Virus record (IMG/VR): IMGVR_UViG_3300050330_000029
Coordinates: 1 to 48,774 of that record
Strand: one strand, 5' to 3'
From: a virus
Lineage: Duplodnaviria > Caudoviricetes
DNA length: 48,774 nucleotides
Position 1 is the stretch's first letter; every line of letters starts with the position of its first letter. A program made the translations under genes and the position numbers. Below, one piece after another: positions 1 through 8,730 of the stretch. The notes below the pieces were generated by a model. It did no database searches, was not told the DNA's origin, and saw only the letters and a list, made by a program, of their open reading frames with translations.

Positions 1-84
1 GATCAACTTCCTATTCTCACAACCGCACCCGCAGGCGCGCTAGCTGCCGCCCCGGACTGGTACGGTCGATTGGTACGGGATCGA

Positions 85-120
85 TTGACATTGCTGTTAC
101 GATGTCGTAACATGATGTCA
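85..120 (+). promoter_or_regulatory. sigma70-type promoter overlapped by a palindromic operator
   Basis: TTGACA(85-90)-N17-TAACAT(108-113); dyad TGACAT-tgc-TGTTACGA-tg-TCGTAACA-tg-ATGTCA (86-120), upstream of an operon containing an HTH gene. Confidence 0.7.
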
Positions 121-162
121 GTAAGGGCACGGTAGCCCGAGACGCTGATACGGAGACAGGAC

Positions 163-453
163 ATGACCACCGCGCAGATCATCGACGCCATCAAGGTCAC
201 CGCCCGCCAAGAGATGTTCGCCGGATTCGAGCGACCCGAAGAGAAAGCCCGCGAACTGGTCTACGCGATCGTGCGGCGCACCAGCCCGTGCGCCTGCTGC
301 GATGGCAGCGGACTCGACCAGACCAAGCCATTCGACGTCTCGGTGCTGGTCACAGAGATGGGCGGCCAGAAATGCGATTGCTGCGACGGGCGCGGCTTCC
401 AGATCGACGGCAACGACGACACCACCGTCTGGGATTGGGTTTACAGCCGATGA
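163..453 (+). CDS. Small protein with DnaJ-type zinc finger (2x CxxCxGxG)
   Basis: CACCDGSG and CDCCDGRG; GGAG/AGGA RBS; ATGA-coupled to next gene. Confidence 0.75.
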   Translation: MTTAQIIDAIKVTARQEMFAGFERPEEKARELVYAIVRRTSPCACCDGSGLDQTKPFDVSVLVTEMGGQKCDCCDGRGFQIDGNDDTTVWDWVYSR

Positions 454-662
454 CCGGCGAGCGATGGGACGCGGAGCGGCTGCGGTCGCTCCGCCGTCGT
501 TGCGGCTGGTCGCAGCAGCAACTCGCCGAAGCCATCAACGAGCGGACCGGGATGCGGTCCAACCGGCACCGGGTCAGCGAGTGGGAGTCCGGGCGGATCA
601 CGCCCGGCTATGTCGTCCAGCGGGCGCTCGACCAAATCGAGCGGGAGCACGCCAATGGCTAA
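450..662 (+). CDS. XRE-family HTH regulator
   Basis: LRSLRRRCGWSQQQLAEAI...VSEWESGRITP; ATG 450 overlaps upstream TGA. Confidence 0.85.
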   Translation: MTGERWDAERLRSLRRRCGWSQQQLAEAINERTGMRSNRHRVSEWESGRITPGYVVQRALDQIEREHANG

Positions 663-1206
663 GTACGCCGTCACCCACACCTGCGGCCATCACACCGACA
701 TCACCCTCTACGGCAAGGGCACCGAGCGCGAGCGCGCCATGCGCCGGCTTGCGGCCCAGCCCTGCACGGACTGCATCCGGGCCGAAGAAACCCGCCGCGC
801 CCATGCGCAAGCCGAGGCACAGCACCTCCCGCCCCTGATCGGCAGTGAGAAGCAAATCGCCTGGGCCGAGCGCATCCGCTACCAGACCCTGCTGGTCATC
901 GAGCGGCTGGTGCCGGCCGAGCAGTACGGCGATCCGGTGCCCATCCCGGACGATCTCGCCTTTGCGCCCGGAGAGACGACGACCGTGGGCGCGATCGTGG
1001 ACCGGCTGCACACCGAGGACGCCGCGCGCTGGTGGATCGACAACGCCAAACGGGTACAGGACATTGGTCGGGTGCCCGGCTACGACGACAAGGCGTTTGC
1101 GCGCGAGCTGCTGCGCCGGGCGGCATGGGGGGAGCGTATCCCGGACACCGGCGAGCTGGCGCAGTCCGGCGACCTGCGGGACAACCTGCGGGGACTCTAC
1201 CAATGA
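655..1206 (+). CDS. Conserved phage/MGE hypothetical protein (Zn-binding)
   Basis: HTCGH...PCTDC and LPPLIGSEKQIAWAERIR motif; coupled to neighbours. Confidence 0.75.
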   Translation: MAKYAVTHTCGHHTDITLYGKGTERERAMRRLAAQPCTDCIRAEETRRAHAQAEAQHLPPLIGSEKQIAWAERIRYQTLLVIERLVPAEQYGDPVPIPDDLAFAPGETTTVGAIVDRLHTEDAARWWIDNAKRVQDIGRVPGYDDKAFARELLRRAAWGERIPDTGELAQSGDLRDNLRGLYQ

Positions 1207-1853
1207 GCCGCGTCCCGCTGCTGGCCGATGCCGCGCTGCTGGCCGATGCCGAGTCGGACCGGCACCGCTCCCGCGTCATGGCCGCGTTCGCGACGATCCA
1301 GCAGGCACTCAAGCGCCGCAAACGTCCCTATCTGGCTTACTCCGGTGGCAAGGACTCGACCGCGCTGCTGGCGCTGGTGGAGGCCGCGTGCCCGGAGATC
1401 ATGGTCGTCTGGTCCGATGACGAGCTGGAATACCCGGAGAGCGTCGCGCTGCAATCGGCGGTCAGGGACGCCTACGGAGACCGCTACATGAGTGTGCTGG
1501 CCCCGTCGCTGCACGCCGGGTGGTTCGCGCCGTGGTCGGACCCGGACGGCCGCTATTGGCGCGATCCGCTGCCCGGATCGGTCCGGACGGATCTGCCGCA
1601 CCCCGAGTACATGGCGAGCCTTGGCTACGACCTGACGTTTCTGGGCGTGCGTGCCGCGGAGTCGCAAACGCGCCGGGACTGGCTCTCCGGCTCCGGTCCG
1701 GCCTACCGCGTCAAGGGCGGCACCGGGATGCACTCGTGCCCCTTGTGGGACTGGACAACAAGCTGGCCTTCGGCCGCGCCGACGACGCCGCCTAGCTCCG
1801 GACAGCAAACGAGGCCACCGAAGCGGCCCCGTTCACCGACCAGCATGTGCTAG
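1203..1853 (+). pseudogene. PAPS reductase (CysH/DndC-like) family gene, apparently 3'-truncated
   Basis: PP-loop AYSGGKDS, LGVRAAES..R and PLWDWT, then a Pro/Ser-rich tail in place of the expected continuation; 18-bp in-frame duplication at 1216-1251. Confidence 0.7.
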
Positions 1854-1879
1854 CCCAATACCACAGTATTTTACTCTGT

Positions 1880-2167
1880 TTATTTCGCGAGCGCCTCTGC
1901 GGTGGCAGAATCGACGGGCGGGGCGGTTGCCAGCTCCGTTTTGATCTTCTGTACCGTTGACGGAGCAAACACCACGGACCGGATTGCCAGTCCGAGTGGG
2001 ATGATGACGGCCCAAAGCGCGGCGATCGTTAGGCCGGCCTGGTTCTTCTGCTCATCGGAGAAATCATGCCACCCGAAGGCTTGCGCGAGTCCCATCATGG
2101 CGACGACCGCCACGGTGAGCGATGCGGCGGTTACGCCGCCGAGTGTCAGAACTGGTTCCGTGTTCAT
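1880..2167 (-). CDS. Holin-like membrane protein
   Basis: MNTEPVLT..., two hydrophobic helices, AGGAG RBS, next to endolysins. Confidence 0.7.
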   Translation of the reverse strand: MNTEPVLTLGGVTAASLTVAVVAMMGLAQAFGWHDFSDEQKNQAGLTIAALWAVIIPLGLAIRSVVFAPSTVQKIKTELATAPPVDSATAEALAK

Positions 2168-2250
2168 TCCGTTTCTCCTTCCGGCGCATCCGCCGGCGTT
2201 GCCACTGTTACGAGATCGGCGCAATGGGCTCGGTTGACCATTACGCCCTC

Positions 2251-3033
2251 CTACCGGTACGCCGGTCGCCAGACCTCGATCAGGTCCGAGCGGTAGTCCT
2301 CTGGGTCGAGCCGCACTCTGGCATTGCGTTTCCGCGCATACGCCAAGGTTTTCGTCAGCGCATTGCCATGGTTCGCACCAATCAGCATCCCGCCCCCGTT
2401 GTACCCTGCGACGTGGGTCGCTCGGTCTTTGTCCTTGCCGAAAAACATCCAGTCTCCCGGCATGAGCGCTCCGGTGACCCGCTCGCCCGTGAGCCGACCG
2501 TCCCGGAACATGTGCATCTGGGTATTGGCGGAATGCTTGACGCGCCCGGTGACGAAGCCCATGTCGCCCATGACCCACCACGAATAGCCCGAACAGTCGA
2601 ACGTCAGTGCGTCTGGATCGCCCCCATAGCTCGATGGGGTCGGGCCGTTGCCGCCCCAGCGATACCAGCAGCCGAGGTATTTCGCGGCCACGATTGGGAA
2701 TCGTTCTTGCGCCGCGGTCAGCACGGCCTCCGGTGCGTCGAGGTCGAGATACGCGCCGGACACCCAGCCGGCGATACCGGCCGCCGTCACCGGGTACCAC
2801 GGATCGCCGGTCACGGTGACGACGGTGCCGTTCGGGATCACGGTCAGCACCGGGTTGTTCGTGCCCGCGCCCTTGCGCAGGTTGAGATCGGCGGTGGTGG
2901 CGACGGTCATATCCGACTTTGTGATGGTCCAGCCCTCGTCGAGGAAGACCTGTACCGTGCTTGCCGGGCACCAACCGGCCTCATCTGCCGACCCTTCGGG
3001 TGGGGTGATGTAGTACCAGAGTTCCTTCGTCAT
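2251..3033 (-). CDS. SH3b + NlpC/P60 peptidoglycan endopeptidase
   Basis: LNLRKGAGT...GWVSGAYL (SH3b); YRWGG, FDCSG, PGDWMFF, THVA (NlpC/P60). Confidence 0.88.
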   Translation of the reverse strand: MTKELWYYITPPEGSADEAGWCPASTVQVFLDEGWTITKSDMTVATTADLNLRKGAGTNNPVLTVIPNGTVVTVTGDPWYPVTAAGIAGWVSGAYLDLDAPEAVLTAAQERFPIVAAKYLGCWYRWGGNGPTPSSYGGDPDALTFDCSGYSWWVMGDMGFVTGRVKHSANTQMHMFRDGRLTGERVTGALMPGDWMFFGKDKDRATHVAGYNGGGMLIGANHGNALTKTLAYARKRNARVRLDPEDYRSDLIEVWRPAYR

Positions 3034-3293
3034 TGCTGATCTCCTTGGATGAGATGCCAGTACCGATCGACTTGTTCGCGGTCCGAGTCTTTTTCCCGCT
3101 CGGTCAGTTCGTCATACGGAGTGGCGATCTGGCGCTCCCACCACCCCACCCGGTCCGCCGGGATGGTCAAGCTACCGTCGGCGTTCTTGGTGCAGAGCGA
3201 GTGCAGGTAGCGTTGCCAGTCCGCCCATCGTTCGTGTTCGATTGCGGCAAGTTGCTCACGCATGTTCAGATCGTCCAGTGTTACGCCGGTCAT
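3030..3293 (-). CDS. Phage hypothetical protein
   Basis: EHERWADWQ...PYDELTEREKDSDR; ATGA overlaps on both sides. Confidence 0.75.
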   Translation of the reverse strand: MTGVTLDDLNMREQLAAIEHERWADWQRYLHSLCTKNADGSLTIPADRVGWWERQIATPYDELTEREKDSDREQVDRYWHLIQGDQQ

Positions 3294-4777
3294 TGTGCGA
3301 TCACCGCATCAGCCGGGACACGGCTGCCATCCGCTACACCGGGGATCCCAGTCAGCACCAGATAGAGATTGCCGTCCGTTCCCTGCACGTAATGGGAGAT
3401 GTTGTCCTGCGTGATGACGGTGCCTTTCTTGATCGTGGGTCCGGTCGGGTTGTCCAGCCCGTCGCCCCACTCGGCTGGGATCGTGTCTCGCTGAAACGTC
3501 TTGCCGCCCGGTGCGAGGAATTGGTGCTCGTTGATGACCTGGCTGCCCTTGGCAACGGGATGGGCCTGTGCGTAACTCGGGGTACCGCCGATCCTGGCTA
3601 TGCATTCGGTGACTTTATTCACTATCGCCGGCCAGAGTCCCGCACGGCGAATCGCCAACGGACAGTCCTTGCCGCTCCAAAAGTTATGCTGCTTCAGGGC
3701 ATTGACGGTGCCGCCCTGAAGGTCAAGCTCCTTGATGACCAGTGCGTGCAACTCGGCGGCATTGGCGCGGGTCTTGGCCGCGTCACGGTCGCGATTGACG
3801 CACTCCTCGATGGCGATAGAGGTCCGGTTCCCCGGTCCGTTGTAGCCGTCGCCGGCGTGCCATGCGACTTCGTTCAGCGGGATATGCTGGATGGCCTTGT
3901 GGTCATCGACCGTGAAGTGCCAACTGGTATCGGTCACTTCGCCCCGGTCGTTGCGGCATCCGTCGAACATCCAATCGGCGTGCATCTCGGCCGTGGCGCC
4001 AGCGTTTGTGTTGTCGGTGTCATGCCACGTCGAATAGGCCGGGGTCATGCCGAGTCCGGTGCGCTGATGCGTGTGACTGGCCGGGATCAGCCGGACCTCG
4101 ACCGGAAAGGATAACGACGAGTAATCGAGATACTGTGGTGTTGCCACTGGTTTCTCCTGTTCTGCCGGCTCGGCCGGTGTCGATGGGGTCGATACGGGTG
4201 GATTGGTGATGGCGGCCTGCAAGCGGTTGGCGCGTTCGGCCAGCTTGCCGCCGTAGTCGTTCTGGGCATCGACGGCCCATCTGTTGTTGAGACCACCGAG
4301 CGTGGTGATCGGCTGACCGCCCGTGGACGCAAGCACGAGGTCGAAGCGCCGGTCCCAGACGCGGGGATTGCCGAGCGTGTTCACGTCCCAGACGCCCGCC
4401 CATCGGTCCCCGTAGGCGTAGGCGGTCAGGTGCGCCATCAGTGCAACCGCCCCATCGCCCGGCGTCGTCCAGTGCTGCGACGCCGCGTCCTGCGCCGGAT
4501 CGCCGGTCACGCCGAGATTGCCGAGATTGTTGCGGCCGATCCACCAGCGCGAGCGAAACGGCAGCCCGGTCCCGGCCTCGCCTGTTTCGATCCAGGCAAT
4601 GGCACAGGCCGCCAGCGGATCGATTCCCAGTTGCCGGCACAGTTCGGCGATCGTGCCCAGCGCCTGCCGGGCCCGCGCGGTCTCCCCCGGTGGCGTCATC
4701 GGCGCGAACGCCTGCCAGAGTTGCCCGGCGGTCAGCGCGTCGCCGCCAAGGATCGGGCTGTCGCGCGTGTACGTCAT
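3290..4777 (-). CDS. Endolysin: glucosaminidase-like N-domain + amidase_2 (N-acetylmuramoyl-L-alanine amidase)
   Basis: IETG...NNLGNL...RWAVD..YG; WHDT, SWHFTVDD, EVAWHAGDG, SIAIE, QHNFWSGKDCP. Confidence 0.88.
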   Translation of the reverse strand: MTYTRDSPILGGDALTAGQLWQAFAPMTPPGETARARQALGTIAELCRQLGIDPLAACAIAWIETGEAGTGLPFRSRWWIGRNNLGNLGVTGDPAQDAASQHWTTPGDGAVALMAHLTAYAYGDRWAGVWDVNTLGNPRVWDRRFDLVLASTGGQPITTLGGLNNRWAVDAQNDYGGKLAERANRLQAAITNPPVSTPSTPAEPAEQEKPVATPQYLDYSSLSFPVEVRLIPASHTHQRTGLGMTPAYSTWHDTDNTNAGATAEMHADWMFDGCRNDRGEVTDTSWHFTVDDHKAIQHIPLNEVAWHAGDGYNGPGNRTSIAIEECVNRDRDAAKTRANAAELHALVIKELDLQGGTVNALKQHNFWSGKDCPLAIRRAGLWPAIVNKVTECIARIGGTPSYAQAHPVAKGSQVINEHQFLAPGGKTFQRDTIPAEWGDGLDNPTGPTIKKGTVITQDNISHYVQGTDGNLYLVLTGIPGVADGSRVPADAVIAQ

Positions 4778-5150
4778 CACCGGTCCCGCTCGTCGATGAC
4801 CACGCACAGCACGAGCGTCATGTTGTGGTCCAGTCCATGAGACGAACGAATACATGCCAGCCACAACGAGGAACGGTGTGGAAGACCGACGGGCTAACCG
4901 TTCCGTCGCTGGCGATATCCCAGGTCGTGATGTCCAATGGATCGCCGCACCCGCCGCAGGTGATGAAGACTTGCGTTGGTGATCCCCACCAGACGGGTGC
5001 GTCGTGCTGCATCGCGTCGCTGTATCCCAAGGTCTTGGGAATATCGACATTCATTGCTCTATCTGCTCCCAGCAACGGGGTATTGCCGAACGGGTTCCAA
5101 TAGGCTTTCGTGGTCATCAGCGGTCCCTCTCGTCGATGACCACGCACAGC
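4773..5150. repeat. 38-bp direct repeat pair (4773-4810, 5113-5150; 2 mismatches)
   Basis: gtcatca(c/g)cggtccc(g/t)ctcgtcgatgaccacgcacagc, 340 bp apart. Confidence 0.9.
4818..5117 (-). CDS. Zn-binding hypothetical (DUF6527-like)
   Basis: CGGCG...GTVSPSV...CGWHVFV. Confidence 0.65.
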   Translation of the reverse strand: MTTKAYWNPFGNTPLLGADRAMNVDIPKTLGYSDAMQHDAPVWWGSPTQVFITCGGCGDPLDITTWDIASDGTVSPSVFHTVPRCGWHVFVRLMDWTTT

Positions 5151-5215
5151 GCCCAGACCACAAACAACGCGATGCACAGCAGCGCAAAGGCCAGCTCAGG
5201 ACTCGTTGCCGGCAT
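5117..5215 (-). CDS. 32-aa single-TM peptide (lysis cassette)
   Basis: MPATSPELAFALLCIALFVVWALCVVIDERDR; AAGGAG RBS; TGATG coupling. Confidence 0.55.
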   Translation of the reverse strand: MPATSPELAFALLCIALFVVWALCVVIDERDR

Positions 5216-5582
5216 CGCCGTCTCCTTCCCGCCACCATGTCCAGTAGCCGTACAACATGCACGGCCCCGCCACGGCCAGCATGGCCCGCCAGAGATTGCG
5301 CACCAGATCAGGCGACGCCTCCCAGACGCCCCACGCGATCAGCTGGGTGGTGGCAAAGATCAGCACGATCGCGGCCATCAGCCCCCAGATGCCGAGTCCA
5401 CGCACGGTCCAGCGTTTGGTCGCCGCCGACATGGCCACCACGGCCAGCAGCGCGCTCAGCGCGATCTCACCCACGATCACCCGGTCGATCCACGGGTTAT
5501 CGGCCTGAAGGAGATGCAACGCGGCCCAGGTCGCCAGATAGGCGGCGGTGAAGAGCGCGGGATAGGTCAATCGGTCACGCAT
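5196..5582 (-). CDS. Multi-TM membrane protein (holin-like)
   Basis: About four hydrophobic segments; lysis region. Confidence 0.7.
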   Translation of the reverse strand: MRDRLTYPALFTAAYLATWAALHLLQADNPWIDRVIVGEIALSALLAVVAMSAATKRWTVRGLGIWGLMAAIVLIFATTQLIAWGVWEASPDLVRNLWRAMLAVAGPCMLYGYWTWWREGDGDAGNES

Positions 5583-5618
5583 GGCGGTCTCTCCGATCGG
5601 GATACATCTGCCGCTCGA

Positions 5619-5924
5619 TCAGCTCGCTGATGTCCCGTTTGGCGGCAACGAGGGCGGCGGCGATGTCGTCGCAGGCGGGGTCGTAGGCGTGTTGCTCGAT
5701 GCCGAGCCGCCGCGCAAGTGCCTGTACCACTCGATCTCGGCGAGGAGATCGACCAGCAGGGCCTCCCGGTGCGCATTGCGCCGCTGGCACTCGATCAGGT
5801 CGAGCTCGACCGTGATCCGGGCCATCAGCCACGCTTTGCCAGGCTGTCGCCGCAGCAGCACCCCGCCCAGCGCCGTCGCGGCCGCCGTTACCGCGGTCCA
5901 ATGTTCGAGTAGCCATGTCGCCAC
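5619..5924 (-). CDS. TM + coiled-coil protein (lysis-associated)
   Basis: N-terminal TM followed by amphipathic helix. Confidence 0.6.
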   Translation of the reverse strand: MATWLLEHWTAVTAAATALGGVLLRRQPGKAWLMARITVELDLIECQRRNAHREALLVDLLAEIEWYRHLRGGSASSNTPTTPPATTSPPPSLPPNGTSAS

Positions 5925-5940
5925 CTCATTGCCTCAGATC

Positions 5941-6195
5941 TCATCGCGTGGCCTGCTTCACCGATCCGACCGGGTTCACGCTCGACCCGAGCCGCGTGCC
6001 GATCACCGCCCTGGCGTCGGCGAACGTCGCCGCCTTGCCGACCGCGTCGAGCGTTGCGGTCACGTTTGCCAGTCGTGCCTCCAACGCCGCGATGCGCTCC
6101 GCCGGCGTCGGCGCCGGATCCGGCACGATGCGTTCGGTGCGGCTCACGAGCGCGCCGTTGGTGTCATAGACCTCGTCATAGACCGTTTGCGTCAT
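5941..6195 (-). CDS. Small tail-fibre-associated hypothetical
   Basis: AGGAG RBS; TPAERIAALEARL motif. Confidence 0.7.
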   Translation of the reverse strand: MTQTVYDEVYDTNGALVSRTERIVPDPAPTPAERIAALEARLANVTATLDAVGKAATFADARAVIGTRLGSSVNPVGSVKQATR

Positions 6196-6204
6196 CGTCG
6201 TCTC

Positions 6205-6801
6205 CTATGCCGCACGGACCGCCAAGCGCGGAAAGCCGTCGTTTATGTACGTGACGCCGGTCGTGCCGAACGGATCCGGCGCGGTCGTGTCGATGTTGTC
6301 GCGGTTCGGCGATCCGGCATCGCCGCCCTGCGTGGCGTTGCCGCACGGCGAGAAATCGAACGACTCGAACCGCAGCGCCGTGATCGCGGCACTCGGCACG
6401 ACCGCCAGCCAGCCGATACCGGCCGGAAGCGTCCACGTTCCTGCGATCTCTTTATCGCCGCCGGTGTCGGTCGCCACCGTGCCGAAATCGAACAGCCGCG
6501 CGCCCGGATGTCCGTCGTCGCCGGCCGCGAAATACATCAGACGCGCCACGCTCGACGCGACACCGGCCGACACCGCGAACCCGACGCGATCGATCGCGCC
6601 CGACGTGCGCGGCACCCACAGCGGCGTTGCATAGATTCGATTGGCGGTCAGTACGGTCGTCGCGCCGAACGCCGAGCCGATGAACTGCTGCAGCGAATAC
6701 CAGCGACCGGCCTTCCATCCCGGCACCGGATCGCCGGACGGATCGATCAGCACGCCGTCTTTGCCGGCGCGCGCGACTTCGATGACGTAGCGCTTGGTCA
6801 T
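6205..6801 (-). CDS. Minor tail / fibre-tip beta protein
   Basis: MTKRYVIEV..., ATGA overlap with upstream gene; beta-rich. Confidence 0.65.
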   Translation of the reverse strand: MTKRYVIEVARAGKDGVLIDPSGDPVPGWKAGRWYSLQQFIGSAFGATTVLTANRIYATPLWVPRTSGAIDRVGFAVSAGVASSVARLMYFAAGDDGHPGARLFDFGTVATDTGGDKEIAGTWTLPAGIGWLAVVPSAAITALRFESFDFSPCGNATQGGDAGSPNRDNIDTTAPDPFGTTGVTYINDGFPRLAVRAA

Positions 6802-7829
6802 GGCTGCGACTCCAGCGTGATCCGGCCCCAGCGCAGCGCGCGTTGACCGGCGACGAGCGTCGTGCAGTAGATTCCGTAGTTCAGCAGGGTGGCGGTTGCC
6901 GGCAGGTTGGTGACGTGTCGCGCGACCGGATTGCCGTCGATGTAGAAATCGATGGCGGTCGCGGTCGCGTTGACGATCGCGCGCAGATCGTGTTCGTCGT
7001 TGCCGGCGACGACGATGCCGGTATCGGTGATCGTGCCGCCGACGCCGCCATCGTTCGACCATGCTTTGATCGTCGTGTCGGCTGCGCCGGTCGAGAACCG
7101 GAAACCGAAGCCCTCGACGGCCGGATCGTCCGACCCGGACGGCGTCGCCGAGAACAGGCCGTACCACAGGCGCAGTTCGCTGGCCGTGTTCGGAAGGCGC
7201 ATCGCAAACGAGGCGTCCTGCCACGACGCGCGCACGGCCGAGTTGGCCCCGGCCACGACGGACGCGACGTTGCCGAGTGTCGATGTCGTGTTGTGTTGCA
7301 GGTACGAACCAGCGGCAGTGTCCGCGTTCGATGTCGCGCCTGCGGTCACGGTCGGCCCGGTTTGAAAGCCGACCGCGACGTGCGAACTCGACGTAGACGC
7401 GCCGGCGTAGACGAACACCTCGCGGCGCGTTCGCCGAACCGCAGAGCGATCGACCGGCAGCCAGCCGGTGGTGCCGGTGCTGGAAACCTTGACGTAGACC
7501 TGCATGCCGCCGTTGGCGTCAGTGCGCAGATACAACGATCCGGCCGCGCCACTAACGACGCCCTGCGGCGAGCCGGTCCCGGTCGTGATCGGCAACGCCA
7601 CCGGGAGCGGTTGCGCCAGCCAGGTGCTCGTTGCCGCGTCCCAAAGCAGCGCGTCGTCATCGGCCGGCGCTGCTGCGCTCACGTCCGGCACGTCGTCGAG
7701 CTTCGTGATATTGGCGCGCGCCAGCAGCGCGGCGACGTCGCTGCGGATCGTCGCGTAGTCGGCCGGCGTGCCGATGCCGTCCGTGCCGGGTCGTGCGACT
7801 TGGATCAGGAAGATGTCATCAGTCGCCAT
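6798..7829 (-). CDS. Tail fibre / receptor-binding protein with lectin-like C-terminus
   Basis: LDDVPDVS..., GTGSPQGVVSGAAGSLYLRTD, FYIDG..VA.H..NLP. Confidence 0.7.
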   Translation of the reverse strand: MATDDIFLIQVARPGTDGIGTPADYATIRSDVAALLARANITKLDDVPDVSAAAPADDDALLWDAATSTWLAQPLPVALPITTGTGSPQGVVSGAAGSLYLRTDANGGMQVYVKVSSTGTTGWLPVDRSAVRRTRREVFVYAGASTSSSHVAVGFQTGPTVTAGATSNADTAAGSYLQHNTTSTLGNVASVVAGANSAVRASWQDASFAMRLPNTASELRLWYGLFSATPSGSDDPAVEGFGFRFSTGAADTTIKAWSNDGGVGGTITDTGIVVAGNDEHDLRAIVNATATAIDFYIDGNPVARHVTNLPATATLLNYGIYCTTLVAGQRALRWGRITLESQP

Positions 7830-7830
7830 C

Positions 7831-8241
7831 TCACGCTCCCCAGCTATAGGCCGGCATCAGCAACGCTTGGCCCTGCAGCCAGTAGTCGTGATCCCCGCCC
7901 GGATAGACGGCCAGCAGGTCGTACCCGGCGCAGCCAAACCACGTCAGCGCGGCGGTGTCGGTCGCCGTGAGTTTGATGTCGATGTTGACCTGCGAACCCG
8001 GCGCGCCGGTGATGCCGACCGTGACGCGCCCGTTTGCCGTCGATGCCTCCAGCAACACCGCGCTCGTCGTGCTCGGTTCCTGTCGCACCTGCAGGACGAT
8101 TTCCCAGCCGGTCGTGTCGATCGGTGCCGTGCCGCCGAGTCCGTCGTCCTCGATCAGACAGACGGCCAGCCGGAACGTGGCGTTTTGCTTGATGGCGATG
8201 TCGAGTTTCGGCACCGGCTCCCTGATCGTTGGAATGCTCAT
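7831..8241 (-). CDS. Tail-associated adaptor protein
   Basis: IKQNATF...PIDTTG..LQVR...YDL..WLQG pattern typical of fibre adaptors. Confidence 0.7.
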   Translation of the reverse strand: MSIPTIREPVPKLDIAIKQNATFRLAVCLIEDDGLGGTAPIDTTGWEIVLQVRQEPSTTSAVLLEASTANGRVTVGITGAPGSQVNIDIKLTATDTAALTWFGCAGYDLLAVYPGGDHDYWLQGQALLMPAYSWGA

Positions 8242-8250
8242 CTCGTCCTC

Positions 8251-8730
8251 CTAATGTGCGACCGTGTACGCAACGAGCACGGTCGCGTTGGCCGCCGAGC
8301 CGCCGCTGACGACATCGACCCGCACCACGTCGCCAGCGCTGCGTTCGGCCACCTCTGCCGGGATCGCCGCCCGGCCCCGGTTGCCGCCAATCGGCACGGT
8401 GACCAGCACGATCTCGGTCCCGTTGACGGTCAATCGCAATGTGCAGGTGCCCACCGGGGCGGTCTTGACGCGCACGACGATCGTGGTCAACCGGCACGGC
8501 GCTGGCAGTTCGATTTCGGCCGCGACGTTGGTCCCCGCTCCGAGCGCGCCGGCCAGATACCATTGCATCCATGACGGCGGCAGCGCGCGGCGCAACGCCT
8601 CCGGATTCACGTTGCCGGCATCGTCGAACGCCGAAAACACGGACGCTTGCCGGCGCATCTGACGCGACGGCAAAAGTTCGCGCGCGATCGGTCGCAGTGC
8701 GTCACGCATCCGCTGGTCGTCAGTCATCAC
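8251..8730 (-). CDS. Minor tail protein
   Basis: Coupled to upstream tail gene; beta-sandwich-like C-terminus. Confidence 0.65.
   Translation of the reverse strand: MMTDDQRMRDALRPIARELLPSRQMRRQASVFSAFDDAGNVNPEALRRALPPSWMQWYLAGALGAGTNVAAEIELPAPCRLTTIVVRVKTAPVGTCTLRLTVNGTEIVLVTVPIGGNRGRAAIPAEVAERSAGDVVRVDVVSGGSAANATVLVAYTVAH

Noticed and set aside
1203-1853. Type IV CRISPR or Dnd system
   Set aside because: Only a truncated CysH-like gene is present; no csf or dnd genes or array visible
1850-1885. AT-rich patch as an att site
   Set aside because: No second copy noticed and no integrase in the window; more likely a convergent gene boundary
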